From the NCBI GenBank assembly GCA_003354005.1, contig PIWD01000004.1:1-60034 (forward strand): a stretch of 60,034 bases of DNA. The letters are read 5' to 3'. Both the position numbers and the translations under genes were made by a program. The stretch comes from Gammaproteobacteria bacterium. Its GTDB lineage: Bacteria; Pseudomonadota; Gammaproteobacteria; PIWD01. Below the pieces are notes generated by a model. The model made no database searches. It was not told the origin of the DNA and saw only the letters and a program-made list of their open reading frames with translations. Positions 10,437 to 21,475 of this stretch are shown piece by piece. Within the stretch, counting starts at the first letter, position 1. The number at the start of each line of letters is the position of its first letter.

Positions 10437-11036
10437 ATACCTCTGATGCAATTGACATACCTGCCGTTTCAGGTATATTTTATCACTGTCATTAATGATA
10501 ACATCATCTGCTAGTGCTAAGCGTTGTTCTCGTGTTGCTTGTGCCTGAATAATGCGTTGGATACTAGTTGGGTTTTGGTTATCACGCTGCATAATGCGTT
10601 GATGTTGTAGGTATTCAGGGGCATCGATCACAAGTATACGATCCAGTTGGTAGTCACTAGCAGATTCAATTAAAAGTGGAATCACCAATAAGCAATAAGG
10701 TGTGCTAAGTGTTTGGCGCAGTGTATGGATATGTTGATGAATCAAAGGATGTAACTGTTGTTCAAGCCAATGTCGAGCTTCTGTATCTTGAAAAATATGG
10801 ATGCCGAGCATAGTGCGGTTGAGTTGTCCATCTGCATCTAGGAAGTGTGAGCCGAAGTGTTTAATAATTGCTTTTAATGTGGTGCTGCCAGGTTGTGTGC
10901 AAGTTCGAGCAATCTTATCTGCGTCAATGATCGGTACATTTAATTGAGCAAAATAATGTGCAGCAGTTGACTTGCCACAGCCGATACCGCCAGTTAGGCT
11001 AACACTGAAAATTTGTTTATGTTGCGATGTATTCAT
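10422..11036 (-). CDS. coaE: Dephospho-CoA kinase
   Basis: LTGGIGCGKS P-loop, IIDAD, ADDVIIN; ATG overlaps pilD stop (ATGA). Confidence 0.95.
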   Translation of the reverse strand: MNTSQHKQIFSVSLTGGIGCGKSTAAHYFAQLNVPIIDADKIARTCTQPGSTTLKAIIKHFGSHFLDADGQLNRTMLGIHIFQDTEARHWLEQQLHPLIHQHIHTLRQTLSTPYCLLVIPLLIESASDYQLDRILVIDAPEYLQHQRIMQRDNQNPTSIQRIIQAQATREQRLALADDVIINDSDKIYLKRQVCQLHQRYLISK

Positions 11037-11803
11037 TGTACATACCATGGATAATATTTTAGGCATAATAACGTCACCCAACTGCTACAAGCTAAGAAAG
11101 GGGCAAATGGGAGAGAAACAATCGATCGATCATAAGGATGCTTCCAACAACATTGATACAAGTAGAGTGTGATAGCATATAAGCCAGCTAATAGGCAGCC
11201 TTGTAAGGCCAATATGGGTAAATATTGCCAACCAAACCAAGCACCTAACATGCTCATGAATTTAACATCACCGTGTCCCATCATCTCGCGTCGGTAATGG
11301 TGCTGCAAGCCAGCATGCAGTAACCAAGAGAATCCATAACCAGCGATTACACCGATGATCGCATCCTGAATATTTGCAAAATAAGCGTAGGTGTTTCCAT
11401 ATAATCCAAGCCATAAGAGGGCATAAATTAGGCCATCAGGTAAAAAGTGATGCTGGCAATCGATAAGACTCAGTGCCAACAACCCCCAGACGAAGAAGAG
11501 TGTAAAAACAGTTTGCCAGCTTAATTGGAAACTCCATAGAACACTGATTGTCAGCAGCGTGCATAATCCAGTGATAAGCCACATTAGGTATCCTGGAAGA
11601 ATAATAGGTTTAGGTTGTTGCTGTTCGGACAGTATATTATTATGGTGTTTTTCGGAGAGCCAGACCAGGCATTGTTGGCGCCATTGTCGCGCCAAGTAAA
11701 ATGGCAGACGACCACTAAGTAGTATTATAGCGTATGCAACAACAGAGTTGGCAAGTAATATTGGAAGTGCCATGGTGAATGAGATTTTTAACATAGACAT
11801 CAC
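11033..11803 (-). CDS. pilD: Prepilin peptidase (A24), lacking the N-terminal Cys cluster
   Basis: IDxxxxxLPD, MGHGDVKF, PFAPFL; adjacent to coaE. Confidence 0.85.
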   Translation of the reverse strand: MMSMLKISFTMALPILLANSVVAYAIILLSGRLPFYLARQWRQQCLVWLSEKHHNNILSEQQQPKPIILPGYLMWLITGLCTLLTISVLWSFQLSWQTVFTLFFVWGLLALSLIDCQHHFLPDGLIYALLWLGLYGNTYAYFANIQDAIIGVIAGYGFSWLLHAGLQHHYRREMMGHGDVKFMSMLGAWFGWQYLPILALQGCLLAGLYAITLYLYQCCWKHPYDRSIVSLPFAPFLACSSWVTLLCLKYYPWYVQ

Positions 11804-11834
11804 TCCATTCTAGCAAAATTTGAAACATGTTTCA

Positions 11835-12109
11835 CCTGGAATTTTATTGACATTCTCGCAGAGTGGCGGTATACTCGGACTGTGCGTGAAGCTGAGCGGG
11901 CATGTTGTCTGGATAGAGTTGAATGCTAGGTTTGTCGTCAAATGTAGGGGTTGTTTCCTTGTTTAGAACAGGGTGAGGAGTGAGCTTTTAGTAGCTGGGC
12001 GTGCTGTGTTGGCCTTGTGTGGTTGGTGTCTCGGCAACTTCTGCTGGTCTAGTGGCAGCCCGAATATCCATTCAGGAGTTGCTTCCCTCAGGGGAAGTGA
12101 TGGTGTCGA
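11835..12109 (+). mobile_element. Highly degenerate internally deleted IS605 mini-element
   Basis: Same block order as 47180-47532: promoter, FVWNK-like junction, LVAGRAVLA, right end caggggaagtgatggtgtcga. Confidence 0.7.
11847..11875 (+). promoter_or_regulatory. Sigma70 promoter (IS-derived)
   Basis: TTGACA-17 bp-TATACT. Confidence 0.7.
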
Positions 12110-12162
12110 TACATGAAAATTATTATTTTGAAGAGTTTTTTACTAATAAAAGAGAGAATGGG

Positions 12163-12543
12163 ATGAATACAATGGATGAAAAAAAAGTAATTGATCTTGA
12201 ATTGGGCATGGAATTAATTTGTGGTGATCGTACTATTGCAATAGAAATGCTCAAAATCTTAATCGTTCATTTGCCGAATGAGCGAAAACAACTTAAGGCA
12301 GCAGTGGATGAGTTGGATTTGGATCAGATCGGAAGACTTATGCATCGCTTATACGGTGGTTTGAGTTATATAGGAGTTCCCTCATTGCAGGAAACCACTT
12401 GTCTATTGGAGCGTATGGTTGATGCAAATGATGTAGTAGCTGAACACATTATTGAAGCATCTGATAACGTGCTAAATGAAATGGATCGCCTTGAAGTAGC
12501 ATGGAAGCAATTACTCGAACAAGAAGAAATTGAAAAAACCTAA
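12163..12543 (+). CDS. Stand-alone Hpt (histidine phosphotransfer) domain protein
   Basis: HRLYGGLSYIGV resembles the Hpt HxLKG motif; ID..LG N-terminus. Confidence 0.8.
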   Translation: MNTMDEKKVIDLELGMELICGDRTIAIEMLKILIVHLPNERKQLKAAVDELDLDQIGRLMHRLYGGLSYIGVPSLQETTCLLERMVDANDVVAEHIIEASDNVLNEMDRLEVAWKQLLEQEEIEKT

Positions 12544-12549
12544 TCATGC

Positions 12550-14391
12550 TTGCTTATGTCATCTTCATGTGATCACAAAGAAGATACAATAGGGTTGGCT
12601 GGCATCGTAACGGATGGTCAAGGCTGGCCGATTTACAAACGTTTGTTAGGTGTATGTAAGGTATATTGGTGTCCTTTTTTATTGGGTGTGATCGGTAGTT
12701 TAATTGTAGCTCTTTCTGATGCATTACTAATTTTCGTAGTACAATCGATCATTGATAAAGGCTTTGTTGGTCATGATGTCTTTTTTATTCGATGGTTGCC
12801 ATATATGATCATCATCCTTTTCGTGCTTAGAGCCTCGGGGTCATTTTCGGCGACCTATTGTATCAATCGTGTTGGGCGGAATATGGTCATGTATTTCAGG
12901 AAAAGCTTATTGTCACATTTGATAAAACTGCCAGCAAAAGAACATGACCGTTTCACATCAGGTAAATTACTGTCCCTCATGATTTATAATATTGAACAGA
13001 TTTCAAGTGCAACCACCGATGCCTTACTCACCTTATTGCGTGAAGGGTCACTAGCCATTGGCTACCTGAGTGCAATGGTATGGCTTGACTGGAAGCTGAC
13101 TTTTTTCTTTCTGATCACAGCACCCTTAGTTGCGTGGATTTTGAGGTACGTGAGTCATCGTATACGCCGTCTAAGTATCAATGCACAGGATAGCCTTGGT
13201 GAAGTCACTCATATTGCAGGTGAAATGATTAAGGGCTATCAAGTCATACGTCTATTCGGTGGAGAGGGCGATGCGTGCAAAAAATTCGCAACAGCAGTGC
13301 GTACAAACCGTCAGCAAGAATTAAAAATCGTCATTACCAATACACTAGGTGTCGTGATACCTCAAATTATCGCAATTTTACCGATAGCAGCGATATTGTA
13401 TTGGGTCACGCGCACGCATAGTGGGTTATCAGCAGGCAGCTTAGTTGCCTTTATGCTGGCCATGTTACGTTTACTCAACCCATTACAGCGACTCGCCAAA
13501 ATTAATGCTGTCATTCAAAAAGGTATAGCGGCTGCGAGTAGCATTTTTAGCTTGCTTGATCGTCCAATTGAGAGTGACCAGGGTCAACATACTGTTAAGC
13601 GTGTGAAAGGACATATTACGCTGAACAAAGTTTCATTCCAGTACCCCTATATGGAAAATCCTGTTCTCAACAATATTTCATTTAGCATTGAGCCAGGTCA
13701 AACGATTGCCTTAGTCGGTCAATCAGGTGTAGGTAAAACCACGATTGTTAATCTATTGCTACGTTTTTATGAAATTGAGCGGGGCAGCATCCTAATTGAC
13801 GGTATCAACATAAAAGACTATAAACTATCGAACCTACGCACGCAATTTTCGATGGTATCACAGAACATCATCTTATTTAATACATCTATTGAAGCTAATA
13901 TTGCTTACGGTTTACGAGGTGTACGACATGAACAAGTGGTTGATGTGGCACGTAAAGCCCATATTTTGCCCTTTATTGAGTCACTACCTGATGGTTTTAA
14001 CACACAGATTGGTGAAAATGGTGTCATGTTATCGGGCGGGCAAAAGCAACGCTTAGCATTGGCACGTGCATTGATAAAAGGTGCGCCAATCTTGCTCTTG
14101 GATGAAGCAACGGCGGCTTTGGATAGTGAGTCCGAGTGGTATGTACAAGATGCCTTATTAAAACACATGAAATATTGCACAACCATCGTGATTGCTCATC
14201 GTTTGTCAACCGTTGAGCGTGCTGACTGTATTTTTGTCATTGACAAAGGGGGTATAGTTGAGACTGGCAATCATCAAGATTTATTGCAAAAACAGGGCTA
14301 TTATGCTGCAAAATTCTGCACCATGCAATTTGATGGGGAAAATAATAAAGAGCGCGTACATGCTGTGGAGCAAGCTGTGTCTTCAGACTGA
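12550..14391 (+). CDS. msbA: Lipid A export ABC transporter
   Basis: TM domain, GQSGVGKT, LSGGQKQR, LDEAT; precedes lpxK. Confidence 0.93.
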   Translation: MLMSSSCDHKEDTIGLAGIVTDGQGWPIYKRLLGVCKVYWCPFLLGVIGSLIVALSDALLIFVVQSIIDKGFVGHDVFFIRWLPYMIIILFVLRASGSFSATYCINRVGRNMVMYFRKSLLSHLIKLPAKEHDRFTSGKLLSLMIYNIEQISSATTDALLTLLREGSLAIGYLSAMVWLDWKLTFFFLITAPLVAWILRYVSHRIRRLSINAQDSLGEVTHIAGEMIKGYQVIRLFGGEGDACKKFATAVRTNRQQELKIVITNTLGVVIPQIIAILPIAAILYWVTRTHSGLSAGSLVAFMLAMLRLLNPLQRLAKINAVIQKGIAAASSIFSLLDRPIESDQGQHTVKRVKGHITLNKVSFQYPYMENPVLNNISFSIEPGQTIALVGQSGVGKTTIVNLLLRFYEIERGSILIDGINIKDYKLSNLRTQFSMVSQNIILFNTSIEANIAYGLRGVRHEQVVDVARKAHILPFIESLPDGFNTQIGENGVMLSGGQKQRLALARALIKGAPILLLDEATAALDSESEWYVQDALLKHMKYCTTIVIAHRLSTVERADCIFVIDKGGIVETGNHQDLLQKQGYYAAKFCTMQFDGENNKERVHAVEQAVSSD

Positions 14392-15439
14392 ACAGGCTTG
14401 GTATGATGATCGTCCTCATCCATGGCTTGCTTGTCTGATACCTGTCGCATGGCTTTATGCTTGCATTGTCACTCTGCGTCGTTATGGGTATCACTATAAA
14501 ATTTTCACTACCCATCCCAGTACGGTACCTGTTATCGTTGTTGGCAACTTAGTGCTTGGTGGAGTTGGTAAAACACCTTGTGTCATTGCCTTAATTGAAT
14601 ATCTGCATGATTTGGGTTATCGGCCAGGGGTGATTAGTCGTGGTTATGGTGGTCGTGATACAAAACAAGTGCACGATGTTAAGCCAGACAGCTCACCTGA
14701 ACAAGTTGGTGATGAGCCAGTTTTAATTGCCTCTCGCACACTATGCCCAGTTGTTGTGTGTCGTAATCGGGTTGAGTCATTACGCTACCTGCTTGCACAT
14801 CATAACTGCGACCTTGTAGTGAGTGATGATGGATTACAGCACTACGCCTTGCAAAGAATGATTGAGATCGTAGTTTTTGACCGACAACGTCAATGGGGTA
14901 ATCGCCGTTGTTTTCCGGCTGGACCATTGCGTGAACCTCTAACGCGTATCACAGATCCGAGTAAACCTCAGCACTCATCAAATGCACACAATAGACCTAT
15001 CGACTTTCTAATTGAAAATAATGCACCTAGTCAAGACCCTAAACTCCAGCCTACTCAAAGCTACTACACAATGCAAACAATGCCAGGGGCGGTATATGCC
15101 ATTACTGATCCTACAAAGCAGCTCACACCAGCCATGTGTTCGGGCAAAAAAATATACGCCGTAACGGGGATTGCAAATCCGAAACGTTTCTTTGCTACTT
15201 TGGAAAAAATTGGCTATAATATAACAGGCTTTTGCATTTATCCTGACCACCATCATTTTGTGGCCAGTGATATTGACTTGCTGGGTTTGGTTATTATGAC
15301 AGAGAAGGATGCTGTCAAATATCGTGATTTTGCTGATAAACGGCATTTTTGCTTGTCGATTACCGCCCATTTGTCGCAGTCATTGCGAGATGATTTTAAA
15401 CAACGTCTAGCGATGATCTGCATGCAATCAAGCCATTAA
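14360..15439 (+). CDS. lpxK: Tetraacyldisaccharide 4'-kinase
   Basis: VGNLVLGGVGKTP, SRGYGG, DDGLQH, TEKDAVK. Confidence 0.96.
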   Translation: MLWSKLCLQTEQAWYDDRPHPWLACLIPVAWLYACIVTLRRYGYHYKIFTTHPSTVPVIVVGNLVLGGVGKTPCVIALIEYLHDLGYRPGVISRGYGGRDTKQVHDVKPDSSPEQVGDEPVLIASRTLCPVVVCRNRVESLRYLLAHHNCDLVVSDDGLQHYALQRMIEIVVFDRQRQWGNRRCFPAGPLREPLTRITDPSKPQHSSNAHNRPIDFLIENNAPSQDPKLQPTQSYYTMQTMPGAVYAITDPTKQLTPAMCSGKKIYAVTGIANPKRFFATLEKIGYNITGFCIYPDHHHFVASDIDLLGLVIMTEKDAVKYRDFADKRHFCLSITAHLSQSLRDDFKQRLAMICMQSSH

Positions 15440-15499
15440 ACATCAGGTGTTTGTTAAAATGCTTGGTTTGTATAAACTGAAATACATAGGAAATGATCG

Positions 15500-15859
15500 A
15501 TGAGTAAATTAAGTGTAGGAAAATTAGCACGTAATCTTGATAACCTGATGAGTAATGTGAAAACAATAGTCAGTCCTGGTAGTGTTATACCAGAAGATGC
15601 GAGTGATAAAATCACAAAAATTATGTACAACCTTTCAGCGGAGCTTGAAAAAGTTGTGAGTGTTCATGCTGCACAAACGAAAACCCTTGATGAGATTCAT
15701 ATTAATTTGAGTCGCTTGTTTAAGGAACTTGAGGTCTTAAAGGCTGGTACTGGAACTTCTGATGAGAAAGAATCGGAAAAATCAGATAAAAAGATGGAAG
15801 ATGTCGAAGAGAGTGCTGGTAAAAAAGAGGCAACGGATAAAGCTGATAAGGGCGAGTAA
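15500..15859 (+). CDS. Hypothetical helical protein with charged tail
   Basis: 119 aa ORF with AGGA RBS between lpxK and lepA. Confidence 0.7.
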   Translation: MSKLSVGKLARNLDNLMSNVKTIVSPGSVIPEDASDKITKIMYNLSAELEKVVSVHAAQTKTLDEIHINLSRLFKELEVLKAGTGTSDEKESEKSDKKMEDVEESAGKKEATDKADKGE

Positions 15860-15923
15860 AACAAAAGACAGCCAGTAAAACGCACAAGTACTGTGCAGTT
15901 ACTCTGTCATCATGTGAGCGACT

Positions 15924-17732
15924 ATGCAGCGACTTATAAGAAATTTTTCGATTATTGCGCATATTGATCACGGGAAATCTACCTTGGCCGACCGTTTTAT
16001 TCAATTATGCGGTGGGTTGTCTGAGCGTGAAATGAGCGACCAGGTGCTTGATAGTTTACAGGTTGAGCGTGAGCGAGGTATAACCGTTAAGGCGCAGAGC
16101 GTGACCTTAAATTATACGGCTAAAGATGGGCTGGACTACCAGCTTAACTTTATTGATACTCCTGGGCACGTTGACTTTGCCTATGAGGTGTCGCGCTCCT
16201 TGGCTGCGTGTGAGGGTGCATTGTTGGTTGTTGATGCAGCCCAAGGGATAGAGGCACAAACCGTTGCTGTCTGTTACATGGCCATTGACCAGAACTTAGA
16301 GATACTGCCAGTACTCAATAAAGTTGACCTACCACAGGCTGATCCTGAGGCTGTAAGAGAAGATATTGAGGCAGTGATCGGTGTGCCATCTGGGCATGCT
16401 ATTTCGGTAAGTGCTAAAAATGGTCAAGGAATCGATGAACTGCTAGAACAACTGGTGCAATATATCCCAGCACCTACTGGTGATCGGGATGCACCCTTGC
16501 AAGCCCTTGTAATTGATTCGTGGTTTGATATGTATTTGGGTGTTGTATCGCTCATTTGTATCAAAGAAGGTTGCCTTAAGAAAGGTGCACGTATTCGGGT
16601 GATGTCAAGTTCTGAAGACTACAATGCCGAAGAACTGGGTATTTTCACACCCAAGCGCCAAGCAAAGGATCGTTTGCAGGCGGGGGAGGTTGGCTATCTA
16701 GTTGCTGGTATCAAAGATATCCAGCATGCGCCCGTTGGCGACACAATCACGGAAACAAAGAGACCAGCTAAAAAAGCATTGCGTGGGTTTCAAATAGTAA
16801 AACCTCAGGTATTTGCTGGTTTATTTCCCGTTAACTCTGAAGACTACCAACTTTTCCGAGATACCCTATATAAATTGTGCCTCAATGATTCTGCAATTAC
16901 CTTCGAGCCAGAAAACTCGGATGCACTCGGCCTTGGGTTTCGATGTGGTTTTTTAGGCTTGTTACATATGGACGTTGTTAAAGAGCGTCTAGAAAATGAA
17001 TACCAACTGCCCGTAATCACCAGTGCGCCCAGCGTGAGGTATCGTATTACTACCAAAAAAGGCAAAACCTTACTAGTCTCAAACCCCACTGCCCTACCTG
17101 ATATGAGCACTGTTGAGTCCTTATATGAACCGATGGTTAAAGCCCACATCCTTGTACCACAAGCACACGTGGGCGTCGTTATTCGTTTATGTGTTGAACG
17201 TCGAGGTCAACAGATACAAATCGACTACCTAGGACGGCAAGTATCCATTGTCTATCGCCTGCCTATGAATGAAGTTGTACTAGATTTCTTCGATCGTCTT
17301 AAGTCCGTGACACGTGGATATGCCTCATTAGACTACCGCTTTGAATGCTTTGAACAAGCTAAACTAGTGAGGCTCGACATCCTAATCAATGGTGAAAGGG
17401 TGGATGCCCTAACCGTTATTGTGCACCACTCACGGGCTTACAGCTATGGCCGTCAATTAGCTGAAAAACTAAAAGAAATCATCCCCAGGCAAATGTTTGT
17501 TGTCGCCATCCAAGCAGCAATTGGCTCACATATTATTGCACGTGAAACTGTATCAGCCTTCAGTAAAAATGTCACAAATGTGTGTCGCGGTGGTGGTGAT
17601 ATCTCACGTAAACGCAAACTGCTTGAAAAACAAAAAGCAGGTAAGAAACGCATGAAACAAGTGGGTTCCGTCACAATACCTCAGGAAGCTTTTCTTGCAA
17701 TACTGCGTATTAATCGCGGTGAGGAACGATGA
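15924..17732 (+). CDS. lepA: Elongation factor 4
   Basis: [26 protein letters not shown]. Confidence 0.98.
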   Translation: MQRLIRNFSIIAHIDHGKSTLADRFIQLCGGLSEREMSDQVLDSLQVERERGITVKAQSVTLNYTAKDGLDYQLNFIDTPGHVDFAYEVSRSLAACEGALLVVDAAQGIEAQTVAVCYMAIDQNLEILPVLNKVDLPQADPEAVREDIEAVIGVPSGHAISVSAKNGQGIDELLEQLVQYIPAPTGDRDAPLQALVIDSWFDMYLGVVSLICIKEGCLKKGARIRVMSSSEDYNAEELGIFTPKRQAKDRLQAGEVGYLVAGIKDIQHAPVGDTITETKRPAKKALRGFQIVKPQVFAGLFPVNSEDYQLFRDTLYKLCLNDSAITFEPENSDALGLGFRCGFLGLLHMDVVKERLENEYQLPVITSAPSVRYRITTKKGKTLLVSNPTALPDMSTVESLYEPMVKAHILVPQAHVGVVIRLCVERRGQQIQIDYLGRQVSIVYRLPMNEVVLDFFDRLKSVTRGYASLDYRFECFEQAKLVRLDILINGERVDALTVIVHHSRAYSYGRQLAEKLKEIIPRQMFVVAIQAAIGSHIIARETVSAFSKNVTNVCRGGGDISRKRKLLEKQKAGKKRMKQVGSVTIPQEAFLAILRINRGEER

Positions 17733-17920
17733 GTATCAAAATGGTGCACAAATAAGTTGAACACTAAGCTAAAATAAGTTATGATATTGTCCAGTTGTTC
17801 ATCGTGACCAACAGGAGATCGAATATAGTCTTTCGGATGTTTGGCATACCGTGAGAGATGGGGAGATGGCCTATATTTGTGTCTTAGAACCATGTTAGGT
17901 TGAGATGAATATAATGTAGT

Positions 17921-17997
<77 letters not shown>

Positions 17998-18108
17998 GTC
18001 CCAGTAATTCAATTTGACGTTCAGCACTATATCTGAGAGTAAATCAAGGTATTTTATGAATATACACTATAATTAAGCTAGTACATAATAATATTATGGG
18101 TCATAATT

Positions 18109-18636
18109 ATGACTGTTAGTAGAAAGGAGATAATAGAGAAAATAAAAAAATATATTGAAAGCGATGATTTTGCGGCTATAGAAGCATATCTTAAAGGCCT
18201 CTTCATGGGCGAAAATGAGCAGGGTAATTAAAAAGTTTAGTAAAATAGGAGGTGATGAACAGAAGGAAATGTTCGAGTCGTTATTAGTACAGAGTGATTA
18301 TAAAGAACACTTAAAAAATAATGAGACTATTTTAAAGAGATTTAGTTATGGCGTGTTGCTTCCTTGGGATCCATTCAAGATTGTATTAGCTTTAATTGTT
18401 CCAGTTGTGGTTAGCGTTTCGCTTTTAGTGGTTAACTGGTTGAAGGTGGGAGAGGTACTGACATTATACGCAACGGAGAGTGTATGGCCTTTCTTATCAG
18501 TCATGTTAGGTCTTGTGTGATTCCGATTATCATAGGCCTTGCAGGTGTTGTGATCGGTGTGGGGTTGCTGTACATTAACCATAAAAAAGGTTTTTTGTGG
18601 GATAAGGGGAATTGTGTACGTAAAAGTCCCAGTTAG
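18109..18636 (+). pseudogene. Membrane-protein gene broken by two apparent frameshifts
   Basis: MTVSRKEII... (18109) overlaps ORF 18215-18520, which continues in another frame as a TM helix VIPIIIGLAGVVIGVGLL to TAG 18636. Confidence 0.5.
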
Positions 18637-19561
18637 AATTGCGTACAACCTCCAGTTTTTTAGTTCTCTTATGGATACTAACATCACTCATAGCAGTCAT
18701 GTTAGAATTTTTAACAATTGCATCAAATACGCCTGACTCAAGATGCAATTTTGATATAAGCGTCTTATTATCGGGCAATAGCACATAACCATTCCAATCT
18801 TTTATTGCCTCACCTGAATATCTATTAGATACTTTCGATAAACGATCATAAACTTCTGTGTATTGATGCTTCACGTTATAAGCAGTACCAGACATAAGCA
18901 TCGTATATATTACTAAAAAGTATGTGAGTACAGACAGTATTACCGATGGACACGTAAAACCGACTGCTAAACCAACCGCTGGGAAAGTAAGCAATATGAA
19001 TTGCATCACTACGGATGCAATTACTAAACAAAAAGCTACCCATGAACTACGATCAGACATAACACTAACACCAACGCAGTGTACGTAGGCAATAAAGTAC
19101 TCAAACATGCTACAGTAAAAAATTAGAAGCACAGCCACAGGGAACATAACAGAATACGTAGCTACGAAACCAACTATTATCAACACATTAATGGCTAAGG
19201 GGATGAGCAATCTGATTATTCTCCCTAGTAAGCAGTAGCCCCCTAACACATCTCCTTCACGTTTTCTTTCTTCAGGCACTCTATTCATGTATCTAATGGA
19301 CAGAACCAGAGGAAGCAGCATAGCCACATCAAACATGAAAAGGAAAATACCTGGCAATAAGGCAGAGCTACCAAGTGCTCCTACCACCGTTACCATAAAT
19401 GCCATGCCAGAAAAGAATGGTATAAGTGTCAGAACCAAACCAATTGCTGCCACTATTGCCAGTATCAGAGATGTCAAAAATAAACTTTGTTCATGTCCTT
19501 CGTGCCATTTTTTCTCATCACTGTTGTGCGCAACAAGCTGATCATCCGAACCACTATCCAT
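18575..19561 (-). CDS. Orphan multi-pass membrane protein
   Basis: 328 aa with about six hydrophobic helices in paired blocks. Confidence 0.7.
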   Translation of the reverse strand: MDSGSDDQLVAHNSDEKKWHEGHEQSLFLTSLILAIVAAIGLVLTLIPFFSGMAFMVTVVGALGSSALLPGIFLFMFDVAMLLPLVLSIRYMNRVPEERKREGDVLGGYCLLGRIIRLLIPLAINVLIIVGFVATYSVMFPVAVLLIFYCSMFEYFIAYVHCVGVSVMSDRSSWVAFCLVIASVVMQFILLTFPAVGLAVGFTCPSVILSVLTYFLVIYTMLMSGTAYNVKHQYTEVYDRLSKVSNRYSGEAIKDWNGYVLLPDNKTLISKLHLESGVFDAIVKNSNMTAMSDVSIHKRTKKLEVVRNSNWDFYVHNSPYPTKNLFYG

Positions 19562-19853
19562 AATCTATGCCACACCAACCACAATACTAACCCCTTACGA
19601 AAAAATAGCGGTAAAGATAACACTCATTGCACTACGTACTAACTTAGAATAAGTTTAACAAAAAACAAACTTAAGATCAAATAGATTTAACAAGGCTTAC
19701 AAGAAAAAAAGCTTAAAAGTAGCTATTTTTAAAATTCATTGGGAAGTTGAAAAATTAGAAAATGACTTGTAAATTGAAATAGAAAAGATTCATACTGAAG
19801 ATTAAGAAATCTGAAGGTAGGTTGCAGGCCAAAATTACCGACAAAATATGGGA

Positions 19854-20555
19854 TTAAAGTAATAAAGGAGATTTCAGAACCCTTCCTCTTAGATGATATT
19901 GCAAGGCCAGGCGTAATAATTGTTTGGCATCTTGTAAATGTTTTGGCGTGGTTAGTATTTCTTGATCGAGTGCCAATAGGCTAGCACCACAAAAACTTGG
20001 CTTGCCCACTCGATTCTGGCAGCGAGAAAAACCCATCTCAGGGTCGAAGCTGTAGTTCGCATCCATTTTGATCATCTGGCCTTGTTCATTTCGTTCGCAG
20101 GTTAAGTTTAAGGCATAACCGAGTAAAGCTAGCAAATTTTTTTCAAAATAACGTAATTTAGCGTGATATGGTCTGTTATTATGTGCTAATTGTGTGATAA
20201 GACGTGTGTATCGCTGATATAATTCATAGCATGGGTCATCACGATGTAGTAAATACATCAGTAGTTCATTTGCATAAAACCCACTGATCAAACGACGGCC
20301 TACAAGGGTATAGCTCATTTTCTGTTGCGCTTCGACCTGTCGTAAGTTGTATAAGGATGTTTTACCAGACCAAGAGACTAGAACTGCTGTGAAGGGCTGT
20401 AGTAACGCATATGAACTAGATTTTTTATGTCCACGTACACCATTTGCAACAAGTGTGATTCGCCCATGGTCTTGTGTTAATAAATCAACAATAAGACTCG
20501 TTTCACGGTATGCTCGTGTATGTAAAATCCAAGCTGGCTGCAATAAGACATGCAT
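19854..20555 (-). CDS. recO: DNA repair protein RecO
   Basis: LHTRAYRETSL, LQPF, YANELL; follows era. Confidence 0.95.
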   Translation of the reverse strand: MHVLLQPAWILHTRAYRETSLIVDLLTQDHGRITLVANGVRGHKKSSSYALLQPFTAVLVSWSGKTSLYNLRQVEAQQKMSYTLVGRRLISGFYANELLMYLLHRDDPCYELYQRYTRLITQLAHNNRPYHAKLRYFEKNLLALLGYALNLTCERNEQGQMIKMDANYSFDPEMGFSRCQNRVGKPSFCGASLLALDQEILTTPKHLQDAKQLLRLALQYHLRGRVLKSPLLL

Positions 20556-20557
20556 AC

Positions 20558-21475
20558 TTATGCCAATTGACGCAGTATATCGGGGTTACTTGACCATCCT
20601 GGATTTACTTTTACCCATAGCTTTAAGCAAACAAGTGATTTAAATTGATGCTGTAAGGATTGTCGCGCTTGTGAGCCTATTATTTTTAATTGCTGGCCAC
20701 CCTTACCGATCACAATCTGTTTCTGTCGGTTATTTTCAACCCATATTAAGGCATGGATCATTAAGAGCTTTTTCTTGTCCTTTGTTTTTGATGTCCAATA
20801 AAATTTCTCAACCTGTACCCGTGATACGTAGGGTAGCTCCTGATGCAAATATTCAATCATTGCTTCACGAATCAATTCAGATGCCAAGAAAATGGATGAA
20901 CGGTCGGTACGTTGATTTTTTTGGAATAAATGGATGCCAGATGGCAGGTATTTACGCACTTCCAATTCTAGTTTATCGACTTGGTAACTTGTCTTAGCTG
21001 AAATCGGGATAATTGCGACACAATTGATCTGTTTTTGAAGCCAGTCAAAATGTGGTAATAAAATGCCTCGATCGGGTAGTCGGTCTGTCTTGTTGACGGC
21101 GAGTATGATAGGCAGTCCGATTTGTTTTAAGTAATGGCACCAATTCTCATCATCAGCCGTCCAGCGACAGCGATCGAGTATCCAGACAACTATATTAACT
21201 TCAAGCAAAACAGACATGGCCTGCCGATTCATGTAGCGATTGAGTGGCTTTTTTATGTGTTTCTGTACACCAGGTGTATCCACATAAATAGTTTGGTAGA
21301 CTCCATCAGTTTTAACGCCACGAATACAAGACCGTGTAGTCTGCTGTTTAGCTGACGTAATACTGAGTTTATGTTGAAGTATACAATTCAATAGTGTTGA
21401 TTTACCTACATTAGGTCGACCAATCAAGGCGACATAACCACAGTAGGTATCTGAATTAGGGTTCTGATAGTTCAT
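20558..21475 (-). CDS. era: GTPase Era
   Basis: GRPNVGKST, DTPG, NKTD, KH-domain VIGKGG. Confidence 0.97.
   Translation of the reverse strand: MNYQNPNSDTYCGYVALIGRPNVGKSTLLNCILQHKLSITSAKQQTTRSCIRGVKTDGVYQTIYVDTPGVQKHIKKPLNRYMNRQAMSVLLEVNIVVWILDRCRWTADDENWCHYLKQIGLPIILAVNKTDRLPDRGILLPHFDWLQKQINCVAIIPISAKTSYQVDKLELEVRKYLPSGIHLFQKNQRTDRSSIFLASELIREAMIEYLHQELPYVSRVQVEKFYWTSKTKDKKKLLMIHALIWVENNRQKQIVIGKGGQQLKIIGSQARQSLQHQFKSLVCLKLWVKVNPGWSSNPDILRQLA

Noticed and set aside
12001-12162. Long N-terminal extensions in the ORF track (Hpt, ung, lpxK, coaE, 58012, 34153)
   Set aside because: They run through IS remnants, neighbouring genes or intergenic DNA; downstream ATGs fit RBS position or family length better
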